NCBI GenBank assembly: GCA_028286835.1
Contig: JAQBQT010000027.1
Location: 14,442-78,441 of the forward strand
From: Candidatus Parcubacteria bacterium
GTDB taxonomy: Bacteria > Patescibacteriota > Minisyncoccia > Phycocordibacterales > PALSA-1337
Reading direction: 5' to 3'
Length of the DNA stretch: 64,000 bases
The notes under the pieces are model-generated. The model was not told the origin of the DNA. It saw nothing but the letters and a program-made list of their open reading frames with translations, and ran no database searches. This document shows positions 48,056 to 57,666 of this stretch, one piece after another (position 1 is the first letter of the stretch; each line of letters opens with the position of its first letter). A program made the translations under genes and the position numbers.

Positions 48056-48129
48056 GAAAAACGGCCCCGGTAGGGTGATCCAGCAATCGCTTCAGCAGAA
48101 ACGATATGAGAATCACCCTACTGGAGCCG
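48056..48129 (-). terminator. long hairpin terminator after the helicase gene
   Basis: 18-bp imperfect IR 48062-48079/48112-48129, internal atcgcttc-agca-gaaacgat hairpin, U-run on the minus strand. Confidence 0.65.
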
Positions 48130-48153
48130 CTTTGAAACGGTTCAGTATGAAGC

Positions 48154-49362
48154 TTAGGAAACGAACGTCAGCGCCTTTCCCTGCTTGCCTCCGCGGCCTG
48201 TACGGCCGATGCGGTGGACATAGTCCTCGTACGTAGCCGGCGTATCGAAGTTGATGACGTGGCTTACGTTCGGGATATCCAAGCCGCGCGCTGCGACGTC
48301 TGTCGCCACGAGGATCTGGATATGGTTGTCCTTGAAGAGCTGAAGGGCCTTGATGCGGCGCGAGTAGTTCTTGTCGCCGTGAATGGATTCAGCCTTGAAG
48401 CCGCGCGCTGCGAGTTCGCGCGAGAGGCGGTCCACGCCGTGCTTCGTGCGTCCGAAGATGAGGATCTTGTCGAAGCCTTCCTTCTTGAGGAGGTCCTGGA
48501 GGATGGCGAGCTTGTCGACTCCGCCAGGGACTTTGATGACGTCCTGGTCGATGGTCTTGGACGTGTCGCGAGTCTTCACAGATACGCGGACCGGGGTGCG
48601 GAGGAACTGACCGATGAGCTTCTCGATGTCCGGAGACAATGTAGCCGAGAAGAAAAGGGTCTGGCGTTCCTTCGGCATTCCTGCCATAAGAGCCTTCATA
48701 TCGTTGATGAATCCCATATCGAGCATGCGATCTGCCTCGTCGAGGACGACAGCCGTGAATTTCGAGAGGTCGATGAGCCTGCGGTCGATGAGGTCTTTGA
48801 GGCGTCCCGGCGTGCCGATAACGAAATTATTATGGTAGCGGAGGGCGCGCATCTGGGGCACGATGTTCGCGCCGCCGACGCCGCACACCGAGAAGATCTT
48901 CATGCCGGGCGTGAATGTCTTGAGCTCAGCGTCGATCTGGACGGCGAGCTCGCGTGTCGGAGCGACGATCATGACCTGCATCTTCGGATTGCCGAGCACC
49001 TTGTGGATGAGCGGGAGGAGGAACGCTGCCGTCTTGCCTGTTCCCGTATTGGCGATGCCGACAACGTCGGATCCCATGAGGACGTGCGGAATAGCCTTGT
49101 CCTGGATAGGAGTCGGCGTGACGTAGCCCTTCTTTGCGATGACTGCCTTGAGGCGCTCATCGATATGGAAGTCCTGGAATGAGTGCTCAGGCGTAAAGAC
49201 CTCCACTTCTTCGGTCACGATGACCTTGTTAACGAAGCGGGCCGGGTTGATATATTGTGCGCCGGGTGCGTTCCTGGAACGCGAAGCCGGACGTGAGCCC
49301 GAGGATCTCGAGCCATGTGCGAAAGACCTTTTCGGTCCCCCGTAGTTGTTTCTTGTATTCAT
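48154..49362 (-). CDS. DEAD-box RNA helicase
   Basis: PTPIQ, NTGTGKT, PTRELA, TPGRL, LDEAD, SAT, HRIGRTGR; start at 49362. Confidence 0.96.
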   Translation of the reverse strand: MNTRNNYGGPKRSFAHGSRSSGSRPASRSRNAPGAQYINPARFVNKVIVTEEVEVFTPEHSFQDFHIDERLKAVIAKKGYVTPTPIQDKAIPHVLMGSDVVGIANTGTGKTAAFLLPLIHKVLGNPKMQVMIVAPTRELAVQIDAELKTFTPGMKIFSVCGVGGANIVPQMRALRYHNNFVIGTPGRLKDLIDRRLIDLSKFTAVVLDEADRMLDMGFINDMKALMAGMPKERQTLFFSATLSPDIEKLIGQFLRTPVRVSVKTRDTSKTIDQDVIKVPGGVDKLAILQDLLKKEGFDKILIFGRTKHGVDRLSRELAARGFKAESIHGDKNYSRRIKALQLFKDNHIQILVATDVAARGLDIPNVSHVINFDTPATYEDYVHRIGRTGRGGKQGKALTFVS

Positions 49363-49440
49363 GTTGTAACCCCTGGTCTCACGGGGTTTTAATAAAAGCG
49401 AGGCGATACCTGCGCAAAACCGGAGATTGAAGTTAATACC

Positions 49441-49469
49441 ATCATATACTATAGGCTGATTGCTGTCAA
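49441..49469 (-). promoter_or_regulatory. sigma70-type promoter of the helicase gene
   Basis: TTGACA-N17-TATGAT on the minus strand. Confidence 0.7.
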
Positions 49470-49554
49470 TAGTAGTAAGTTTAAGGGCTATACGGGGCAA
49501 TAAAAAACCGCAGATGTTACTCTGCGGTTCAAGCTGTCTTTTAGCTCCTGGCTG

Positions 49555-50238
49555 TTACCTTCGGTGCGTGTATTCCAGAGAGCTCTTGAATGTGCCGATT
49601 TCCGGACATTCTTCAAGGATCTTTTGCCTGAGACAGCTCCTGGCTCGGCTAACACGGCTTTTGACAGTTCCGCTATTTGTCGCAAGCTGTGAGGCGATGG
49701 CATCGTAAGGGACATTATCAAGCGTAAGGACCAGAAGCATATGCTGATGATCAGGCAATTTTGACATAAATCTGCCAGCCATATTTTCTGTTTCAAACCG
49801 GACCGCCGCCTGATAGGGATCGGCATTCTCATCTGGAAGCAGATCGGCTAGCGTTCGTGCAGTATCAGCTCCAAGAGGCGTGTCGAGCGAATGATGATCG
49901 CGCTTGCGACGCCTGCGGTTGTAGTAGTACCTGTGGGTGCATTTATTGCGCGCTATTTTAAAAAGCCATGTTTTGAGGCATGATTCGCTTCGGAAATCTG
50001 TAAGGCTCCTATGAGCCCGGATAAATGTATCCTGTACGATCTCGTCAGCATCCTCCTTGCTATAAAGATAGTTGAATGCGAGTTTCCAGATATACTTATT
50101 ATACCGTTCCCAAATCTCGATGAATGCTGACTCGTCTTGATCGACGACAAACCGTTTAATAAGTTTGCTATCGATCTCACATTCTATTTCGGCGCTTGGT
50201 CGAGACGTTTCTGCCTTTTCTGTGTGCGTGGTGCTCAT
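49555..50238 (-). CDS. ECF sigma-70 family RNA polymerase sigma factor
   Basis: DADEIVQDTFIRA..L..F....KTWLFKIARN (region 2), Y.AIA..L....GTVKSRVSRAR (region 4); terminator 49501-49529; TTGACA-N16-TATACT at 50301-50328. Confidence 0.92.
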   Translation of the reverse strand: MSTTHTEKAETSRPSAEIECEIDSKLIKRFVVDQDESAFIEIWERYNKYIWKLAFNYLYSKEDADEIVQDTFIRAHRSLTDFRSESCLKTWLFKIARNKCTHRYYYNRRRRKRDHHSLDTPLGADTARTLADLLPDENADPYQAAVRFETENMAGRFMSKLPDHQHMLLVLTLDNVPYDAIASQLATNSGTVKSRVSRARSCLRQKILEECPEIGTFKSSLEYTHRR

Positions 50239-50533
50239 TCGTTGCTATGTGGTTTTGATGTGCTAAATACGTGATTGTGGCTATCTACATGTACTGCAAT
50301 AGTATACTACATATTTATAGAATGTCAATGATACTTCTTTGCAGGCAACAAATCCCGCTCAAATGAGCGTATGACCCTTGACAAATATTCTTAAGGGTGT
50401 ACGGTTTAAACAGGCAACGACACAACGTCTTTTGTCCTTTGAAAAGAGATCGATAGCTTCGGCCCAATCAGCCCAAGGTATCTTCGCTATGTAAAACATA
50501 TAACTACGTCAGAAATGTCAGTTCGTTAAAATC

Positions 50534-51322
50534 ATGAAGACTAAAAAACTTCTGCCAGTGTTAGGTATATGCATGTTGGCGGTATTCGTCGGCATTGTTA
50601 TCTTCAAGTCAAACCGCCCTGCGCAGGCAACTGCCATGACGGATCAGCCGACGCCTCCAGTAACCTCTGCGAATCCGGTAAAACCTGTTCAGACAGCGCC
50701 CATTGCACTCCGTACTGATAATCCCGGCATCAGCCGTTCTGTTTTATCAGTTCCAATGGTGCGGGTGCCTGCAGCGAAAGACGGGGGCCTGATCGCCTAT
50801 CAGGCGAATGAGCTTCTGATGATGGCAGACCAGCATCCGGAGGTCGGCCTTACAGTCGGTGATCTTAAAAAGTCCCTGCCGATTTTCCTCGATGCATACG
50901 TGCACCTTCAGGAGCTTGAAAACGGCCTTGCGATACAGACCAAAACGACTCCAATGGAAACGGTCATCGAAATACCGGCATATGCAAGCGAAGGCGAAAA
51001 GATCGAGAGCGAATTGTATGCGAAGCTCGAGCAGGCATTGGGAAAAGCCAAAGTCATGCTGATTCGCGACGCTCTCCTCGGACCCATCGCACGACTGAAC
51101 AATTCGTGGGGCCAAGCTCCGCAAACGCTGTCTTTCCAAAAAGAAGGCGAGCTGTACCGGATCACTCAATCGATTGGTACGCATTCGTTAACGGGAATTG
51201 TGAAGGAAATGACAGGATTGGAGGAGAAGTTCATAGTCGCAAGAAACAAGCCTGGGAGCATCGTCACTAAGGATGACCTTGGGCAGTACGCGATTAAGGC
51301 CGTGTTCTTTCCGAAAGGCTGA
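50534..51322 (+). CDS. membrane-anchored/secreted hypothetical protein
   Basis: N-terminal TM/signal, P/T linker; TTGACA at 50378. Confidence 0.75.
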   Translation: MKTKKLLPVLGICMLAVFVGIVIFKSNRPAQATAMTDQPTPPVTSANPVKPVQTAPIALRTDNPGISRSVLSVPMVRVPAAKDGGLIAYQANELLMMADQHPEVGLTVGDLKKSLPIFLDAYVHLQELENGLAIQTKTTPMETVIEIPAYASEGEKIESELYAKLEQALGKAKVMLIRDALLGPIARLNNSWGQAPQTLSFQKEGELYRITQSIGTHSLTGIVKEMTGLEEKFIVARNKPGSIVTKDDLGQYAIKAVFFPKG

Positions 51323-51345
51323 GAAACTATTCAATATTCACTCCA

Positions 51346-51987
51346 ATGAAACTTTTGAATCGTTTTTCCCTTCTCGCTGTCATGCTTTGCGTGGCAGCCG
51401 TCAATGCCGGAGCTCAGATACTGGCTGTCAATCGCAATTATGATACGGCAGAATACATCGCAAACGTGACAAGCTACTCAAAGACCGAGTTGTCTCTCGT
51501 TATTCCTCCAGTGCAGATTCGTGGAATCGATATGGCAAGCGGCATGATCATCGGGTTCAATTATAAGAACACGGTTTCGATAGGATCGCCCTGGGCGAGC
51601 AGTACGATAACGTACGAGTGGAAAGCTCTCATCACCCCGGCGGGAGCAGAGTATCCCACTATCATACTCGAAATAACGGATGCCAAGGCGGCATCCGTGA
51701 TCTATTCGAGTTCTCCTACCCATAGAATAGTAGTGACTACGGCGGAGCAGTTTAGAGAAGAGGGGCTGAGTCCTGCCCCAGAGACGCCTGCTCAGCCGCA
51801 AAACAATACCATCAACTCCGGCGAGGGAGGAGGTGGAGGACCTCATGTCGGCATAGGAGGAGGATATGGGCCATCATCTAGAGTGTCTCTATTTGACGGC
51901 TATACACCCGCCCCCTTCACTGTTGTGAGCTGGAGCTTCCCTGAAGATCGGAACGGATCGGCATACGTTTCCATCCGTTCAGACTAA
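51346..51987 (+). CDS. secreted hypothetical protein
   Basis: Signal peptide (AGA-Q), beta-rich body, G/P-rich segment; terminator 52009-52040. Confidence 0.72.
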   Translation: MKLLNRFSLLAVMLCVAAVNAGAQILAVNRNYDTAEYIANVTSYSKTELSLVIPPVQIRGIDMASGMIIGFNYKNTVSIGSPWASSTITYEWKALITPAGAEYPTIILEITDAKAASVIYSSSPTHRIVVTTAEQFREEGLSPAPETPAQPQNNTINSGEGGGGGPHVGIGGGYGPSSRVSLFDGYTPAPFTVVSWSFPEDRNGSAYVSIRSD

Positions 51988-52070
51988 AAGCAGCACCTGT
52001 TAGTTCTCAAGCGCACACCCCAACGGATGTGCGCTTTTTTATATTCCATATCTGGCACCTGATCGCTTCC

Positions 52071-53555
52071 CTATTCCACGTGCACAGTCACATCGGAGCG
52101 CTCTTTGCCTACCTTCATGGTAAGTATGAAGAATGAGCCTACGATGACTATTACGGAGGAGAGGACGAATACGTAGTCGTACGCGTCGATCTGAGCCTTT
52201 GATATGACCAGCGCGATGTATGAGGAGATATCCGCTGGCACATTGCTGTGGACCCAGCTCTGGGCATTGATGCGAAGGATGTTGCTCTCGATGCGGTTGT
52301 TGAGGATGGTGCCAAAGAGCGCGATGCCGAAAGCTCCGGCGACATTCCTGGCCAGAGCGAGGATGGATGATGCGATGCCTATCTCGTTCTGATCGACGAC
52401 CGACGCGATGATATTCGTGCGCTGGGCCATGCCGAATCCCATGCCGAACGCCATGATGCAGAGAGGCCACATGATGGACCACGCGGTCGACCTGGCATCG
52501 AGGAAGGAAAAGAAGAAGATGCCGATCCCCGCGACGAGCGTGCTGGCGAAGATAACATAGCGCGCCTGGACCCTGCCGATGAGCGAGCCGCCCAAGGGCG
52601 CCGCGAGCATGAGCGCCGCCGCCATCGGCATGAAGAGATATCCAGCCTGCGTGGCATTATCCCCCAGGAATGACTGCGCGAATATCGGGATCAGGAAGAG
52701 TCCGCCCATCATTCCCATGAATACGATGAAGTTGTTGCCGAGCGTGTTGACGAACGCGGGTATCTTGAAGAATTTGAGGTCGACTATAGGCTCGGACACC
52801 CTCCTTTCTATCTCTATGAATATCCAGAAGAGGGCGACGATGAGCGCGTAGCAGAGGATGCTGGCGCCGGAAAGCCATCCCCATTCAGGTCCCTGGTCGA
52901 GAACGAGGACGAGCGCTGAAAGCGTGCCGCCCAGAGACAGCGCTCCCCACCAGTCGAAGTAGTGCGTCGCCTGCCCTTCTGCGCGAGATTCATGGATGAA
53001 AGCGAGAGCCATGAGGATACCGACGATGCCCACTGGAATATTTATGAAAAAGACCGAGCGCCAGCCGAAGTTGTCTATGAGCGGTCCGCCGATGAGCGGG
53101 CCGAACACGCTCGCTGCCGCGAACGATGACGACCAGATGCCGAGAGCCTGAGCGCGCTCCTTCGCTCCCTTGAATGTCACGGCGATGATGGCCATAGCCG
53201 TCGGATAGTCAGCGGAGCCGGCGATGGCCTGAACGACACGGAAGACGATCATGGACGACAGGTTCCAGGCGAGGCCGGCAAGGACCGAGCCGACGATGAA
53301 CATGCCGAAGCCGAGAATGTACACTTTCTTGCGGCCGATGGTGTCTCCAAGCTTGCCCCAGATCGGCACGAACACAGCATTGGCGAGGATATATGCCGTC
53401 GCTATCCAGCCTGCGGCCGATACGGATATGGAAAAATCATTGATGATCTTCGGCAGAGCGAGGTTCACGATGGTCTGGTCCAGGCGGCCGAGGAACGTGC
53501 CGATGATGACTGTCAGAAGGATCCACCATTTGAGATTGCTGCTCTGTTCTTCCAT
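52071..53555 (-). CDS. DHA2 family MFS efflux transporter (EmrB/QacA)
   Basis: LDQTIVNLALP, GKLGDTIGRK, FRVVQA, GPLIGG, WRSVFFINIPVG. Confidence 0.94.
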   Translation of the reverse strand: MEEQSSNLKWWILLTVIIGTFLGRLDQTIVNLALPKIINDFSISVSAAGWIATAYILANAVFVPIWGKLGDTIGRKKVYILGFGMFIVGSVLAGLAWNLSSMIVFRVVQAIAGSADYPTAMAIIAVTFKGAKERAQALGIWSSSFAAASVFGPLIGGPLIDNFGWRSVFFINIPVGIVGILMALAFIHESRAEGQATHYFDWWGALSLGGTLSALVLVLDQGPEWGWLSGASILCYALIVALFWIFIEIERRVSEPIVDLKFFKIPAFVNTLGNNFIVFMGMMGGLFLIPIFAQSFLGDNATQAGYLFMPMAAALMLAAPLGGSLIGRVQARYVIFASTLVAGIGIFFFSFLDARSTAWSIMWPLCIMAFGMGFGMAQRTNIIASVVDQNEIGIASSILALARNVAGAFGIALFGTILNNRIESNILRINAQSWVHSNVPADISSYIALVISKAQIDAYDYVFVLSSVIVIVGSFFILTMKVGKERSDVTVHVE

Positions 53556-53558
53556 AGG

Positions 53559-54215
53559 TTACTGAGGGAACACTTTCATCTTGGCGGACATGCCATTCCT
53601 GAATTCAGGATGAGCGGCGGCGTCATACCGGACCTTGATGTCGAACTGGCGGGTCGGGCGCTTGTCGGAGATACTGAAGATGACGCTCGTATCCTTCGAA
53701 GTCGGGCTGATCTCGTCGACTATGCCGACATATGAGATGCTGCCGAATGCATCGACCGTGAAGCTCACGGGGTCGCCGACCTTGATCCGCGAAAGGCCCT
53801 TGTTCTCGTCGAGCGTGCCGACGACGCGCAATTCCAAAGGATCGATCATGGAGACGACCGATGAACCTGAAGCGAATACCTGCCCCGGAGTGTTCTTGGT
53901 TTCGATGATGACTCCGTTGATCTTGGACGTGAGCGTTTCTGTGCCGACTGCTGCGAGGGTCTGCCCGGCTGTGACGATGTCGCCTGGCTTGACGTATACC
54001 GTCTGAAGGATGCCTGCCGTCTGCGGTCCGATGGCGATGACAGGCGCAGATATGATGGAATTGTCTATTGCTACTCGTGCGGAAAGAGACTTGTATGCGA
54101 TGCCTCCGGCGAGAAGCAGCACGATGACGATGATGCCGACGAGGCTCTGGACCCACGGCTTCCTGAACATGCCTTGCTTCTTCGGGGCGCTCTGATTGGT
54201 GGCTGGGTTTTCCAT
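53559..54215 (-). CDS. HlyD/EmrA-like membrane fusion protein (no coiled coil)
   Basis: TM helix, lipoyl halves (VYVKPGDIVTAGQ), IKVGDPV.F.VDAF, GMSAK. Confidence 0.85.
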   Translation of the reverse strand: MENPATNQSAPKKQGMFRKPWVQSLVGIIVIVLLLAGGIAYKSLSARVAIDNSIISAPVIAIGPQTAGILQTVYVKPGDIVTAGQTLAAVGTETLTSKINGVIIETKNTPGQVFASGSSVVSMIDPLELRVVGTLDENKGLSRIKVGDPVSFTVDAFGSISYVGIVDEISPTSKDTSVIFSISDKRPTRQFDIKVRYDAAAHPEFRNGMSAKMKVFPQ

Positions 54216-54216
54216 A

Positions 54217-55254
54217 TTAGTAGGTGCTTATTGTTATAACGCGCTGATTAGCCGATACCGACTGGCCGACCTTGAGGCTGGAATCGATGAAGGTCACTGT
54301 GCCCAAACCCGGCGCGACGAGGATATTATTTGCGTACTGGGCCAAGGCGGCCTGATACGCGCTCTCCGCGACGTTCACGCTGGCGCTCGCCGTATTGGCG
54401 CTTGTGTCCGAACCGTTCTGGCCGATGCTTGCGCCGAGCTGGCTCAGCGTCTGCTGACGCGTAGAGACTGCAAGATCATATGCATTCCTGTTCGCCTGAT
54501 AGCTCGGCGACTGGGTGTTCGGGATCTCGACGGTCCATTTGTCTCCGCCGCCGAAGCCTCGTACGAAGGTGATGAAGAGCCCGCATGTGCCGAGAGGCTG
54601 AGGAGCGCCGTATGTCACGCTGCCATTTCCCTGCTCCAAGCCGCGGACATTGAAGGAGTAGCCGGATTCTGCGCCCGAAGCATAGAGGTCGATCTGATAG
54701 CTTCCCTCTTTGCCGCAGGTGTATGTGCCGCTGATGGTCGGATTGTGGCTCTCATCGATGACACCGATCGGACGAGCCTGAAGGCCGCTCGAAAGGAGCG
54801 TGCGGTATGCGTTATTCACGAGCGTGTCCTGCTGAGCCTTGGCGTTCGTATACTGGAGGCTGATGGAACCGTACTGGGCTTTCGCGAGATCTAGAGAAGC
54901 CTTAGCCTGAGCGACTGCGCTCGCTGCAACGGCTGTATCAAGGGAGGCGAGGACCTGGCCCTTATTGACTGTGTCGCCCGCACGGACATTCACTGCGGCG
55001 ATGCGGCCCGATATGGGGAATGCGAGCTGAGTCGGAGTGCCTGTTGCGACTGGTGCAGGCTGGCCGACGGCATATGTCGATGTGGCGCTGATTATCTGAT
55101 TCACGTTCATAATGCCGGAAGTGCTTGTGGCGGCAGCATTCATGCCTACTGACGGAGCTTGTCCCACTGTCGGCAATACGGCAGCGGCGATTATAATGGC
55201 GATAACTAGCGTAAGGCCAATAGCGAGGGCTGGCTTGGATAAAATGGATTTCAT
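54217..55254 (-). CDS. efflux membrane fusion/adaptor protein with inserted domain
   Basis: LAFPISGRI..VNVRAGD.V.KGQVLA.LD, coiled coil, LVAP..GTV; start at 55254. Confidence 0.8.
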   Translation of the reverse strand: MKSILSKPALAIGLTLVIAIIIAAAVLPTVGQAPSVGMNAAATSTSGIMNVNQIISATSTYAVGQPAPVATGTPTQLAFPISGRIAAVNVRAGDTVNKGQVLASLDTAVAASAVAQAKASLDLAKAQYGSISLQYTNAKAQQDTLVNNAYRTLLSSGLQARPIGVIDESHNPTISGTYTCGKEGSYQIDLYASGAESGYSFNVRGLEQGNGSVTYGAPQPLGTCGLFITFVRGFGGGDKWTVEIPNTQSPSYQANRNAYDLAVSTRQQTLSQLGASIGQNGSDTSANTASASVNVAESAYQAALAQYANNILVAPGLGTVTFIDSSLKVGQSVSANQRVITISTY

Positions 55255-55285
55255 AGAGTAAAAGCTACACGTTTTTTGGTAAAAG

Positions 55286-56203
55286 TCAACTCTTTTTCTT
55301 GTTTTTTGTGCGAGCCCGCTCATTCTTCGGCGGTTTTATTGGCGGCATCTTGATAGTGAATTCTGCGGGAATATTTTTGAGCTCTGAAACGAATTCCGGG
55401 CCGAATTTTCGGACATAGATTGCGTATGCCGCTGCAAAGAGATAGAAATTACCTTCTGATTCTTCCGGGCTCCATCCTTTCATCTCAAATCCCTGCTTGT
55501 GCGCGGTACCAAGGCGCACGACTCCGGTCCAGAGGCCGCCATACTCCTTGATGGGCAGAATATCATCGTGACAGACTAGAGCCGCAGTGCGATATGCAGC
55601 CGTCTGCAGCTCATACTCTTCCCATATGCCGCTCGATGTCTTCCAGTCTATGAGGATCAGTATCCGAGTCCCCCGCACTTCCGTTGGAAAAGCCTTGTCA
55701 TCAGGCGGCACTTGTATCGTGCCGACAAAGTCTATGGTTCCTGCGTATCCATGAGCCCTGGACCATATAGGTTCCTCAGAAAGGAGGACATGCGGATCAT
55801 ACTTCGAGCACCAAGCTGCGAACGCTTCGATATTGTGCCACTCTTCCGGCGAAAGCGATTCCCACTTGCCAGTCAGGTCGTTCGGATACTTGGTTTCCAG
55901 AGAAACAGTCTTGCCCCAGATGAGATCGCGGATTGCGCTGTGGGTGCGTGTGCCTTCTTCGCCCGCAGTGAGTAGCTTTTTCTCCGCCTCGGCCGGGTTC
56001 GCATGAAGGAGGTACTGATAGAAGCGCTCCCCCTTCGGATATCCTGTGCGGATGATGTGATTCACGGCCGGCACGAATATCTTCTCGCTCTTGATCCAGT
56101 AGTGGGTCCAGTCGCCCCTCCTGTCTATGAACCGGAATATATTCGGGTTGGAAGTCCGCTTGTACGTATGGCTCGGGATCGTCTTCGGTCTTCGTGATGC
56201 CAT
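55286..56203 (-). CDS. PD-(D/E)xK nuclease (phage exonuclease/RecB-like)
   Basis: GTRTH, E..I, YAGTIDF, LIDWKTS, LQTAAY motifs. Confidence 0.85.
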   Translation of the reverse strand: MASRRPKTIPSHTYKRTSNPNIFRFIDRRGDWTHYWIKSEKIFVPAVNHIIRTGYPKGERFYQYLLHANPAEAEKKLLTAGEEGTRTHSAIRDLIWGKTVSLETKYPNDLTGKWESLSPEEWHNIEAFAAWCSKYDPHVLLSEEPIWSRAHGYAGTIDFVGTIQVPPDDKAFPTEVRGTRILILIDWKTSSGIWEEYELQTAAYRTAALVCHDDILPIKEYGGLWTGVVRLGTAHKQGFEMKGWSPEESEGNFYLFAAAYAIYVRKFGPEFVSELKNIPAEFTIKMPPIKPPKNERARTKNKKKS

Positions 56204-56260
56204 GTGGTATATGACGGACGAAGCATTAAAAACTTAACTGGAACCTATTTTCTAAAGCCG

Positions 56261-57634
56261 CTATGCGTTCTTCATGTGCCGGACGAGCACCTTGTAGACA
56301 TCATAATCGAAGAATTGCGAGAAGCCGTCCAGAAGCGGCCGCGGCTCCTCTTCCTCATACACGAGCGCCTGCTCGAGCATCCAGTTGTCTATGATGAATA
56401 CTTCGGCCTTCTCATGATTCTTGTCGTAGTATTTCAAAGTGACCTTGTTCTTGTATGGCCAGATGCGCAGCTTCCGTTCCGCAAAGATGGCTTCGATCTG
56501 ACGATTGTAGTCTGCCTGCTTCGCTTTGCCGCTGCACGCACCCGAACAAAGCCCGAGCTGGGATGAGAAGCAAGCACCCTTTCCTGATTCTGCTCCGAGA
56601 AGCTTCGGGCAGACTTTGTGCTCCTTCGCGAGCTCGGTCAGGGCGCTCACAGCCTGTTTCTTTGTTTTGAAGACGGCATACAGGTTCTTCAGATCATCAA
56701 AGACGATCTCCCTGTCGGGAACGAGCTCGAAGGCGACGTACCCCTTGTCGTTCATGAATTTCTCGAGATACCACATGCCTTTCACTCGTCTGCTCGCCCG
56801 ATTGTACTTGGGGTATTCCGATTTTATCTTCTTGAGCTCGAGCAGGGATGCGCCGAGATCGCTTATGGTGCTTTCGCAGCCGATGTCTCGCACCTCGTCC
56901 CACAGCCGCATTTCCTTGCCGTCCTTATGCGTATTGGAAAAATGGCTCATGATCCTCGAGCGTATATTCACGCTCTTGCCGATATAGAGCACTTCGCCGT
57001 CCTCCCCGTAGAATGTATAGACGCCCGGGGTCTCCGGAAGATCGGCCAGTATCTTCGGATCGAGCTGGTGCGGCACATTCTTCGCTCCGCAGATCTTGTC
57101 CGTCACCGCGAGGGTCTTCTCTGCGCCGAGCTTTGATTCGACATGGTCCAGGAATTGGACCAGGACATCCGCATCGCCTTCTGCACGATGCCTGGCAGCG
57201 CAGGTGAAGCCATGCCGCTCGATAAGGGACGAGAGATCGTGATGGCGATGCTTCGGAAAGACAGAGCGCGACATCTTCGCTGTGCATAGAAGCGTTTTCT
57301 TGAATTCATATCCTGACCGTTCCATTTCCGCCTTTATAAAACTGTAGTCGAAGCGCGCATTATGCGCACAAAGGACCGCATCCTTGAAGATGCCGTGGAT
57401 CCTGGGCGCTATCTGAACGAATGTCGGGGCATCCTTCACCATCTCATTGGTGATATTGGTTGCCGCCTGTATCTGAAGGGGGATATTCTGCTCGGGATCA
57501 AGCAGAGTGACGAATCGATCCGTTTCCTTTCCGTTTTCCAGGCGGATGCAGGCGATCTCTGTTATTCGGCCACGGGAGGGAGACATTCCGGTCGTTTCGA
57601 CATCAACGATCACTATTGGTTTGTGGTAGGTCAC
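56261..57634 (-). CDS. DEDDh 3'-5' exonuclease (DnaQ-like) fused to GIY-YIG nuclease (Cho/UvrC-like)
   Basis: DVETTG, AHNARFD, HRA.GD; PGVY.F...LYIGKSVNIRSR; C-terminal Cys cluster; GTG start. Confidence 0.92.
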   Translation of the reverse strand: MTYHKPIVIVDVETTGMSPSRGRITEIACIRLENGKETDRFVTLLDPEQNIPLQIQAATNITNEMVKDAPTFVQIAPRIHGIFKDAVLCAHNARFDYSFIKAEMERSGYEFKKTLLCTAKMSRSVFPKHRHHDLSSLIERHGFTCAARHRAEGDADVLVQFLDHVESKLGAEKTLAVTDKICGAKNVPHQLDPKILADLPETPGVYTFYGEDGEVLYIGKSVNIRSRIMSHFSNTHKDGKEMRLWDEVRDIGCESTISDLGASLLELKKIKSEYPKYNRASRRVKGMWYLEKFMNDKGYVAFELVPDREIVFDDLKNLYAVFKTKKQAVSALTELAKEHKVCPKLLGAESGKGACFSSQLGLCSGACSGKAKQADYNRQIEAIFAERKLRIWPYKNKVTLKYYDKNHEKAEVFIIDNWMLEQALVYEEEEPRPLLDGFSQFFDYDVYKVLVRHMKNA

Positions 57635-57666
57635 GAGACGTTATGTAGTATACTATAGAGTGAACT

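Noticed and set aside
55286-56203. Cas4
   Set aside because: RecB-like motifs are present, but the Fe-S cysteine cluster and any CRISPR context are absent.
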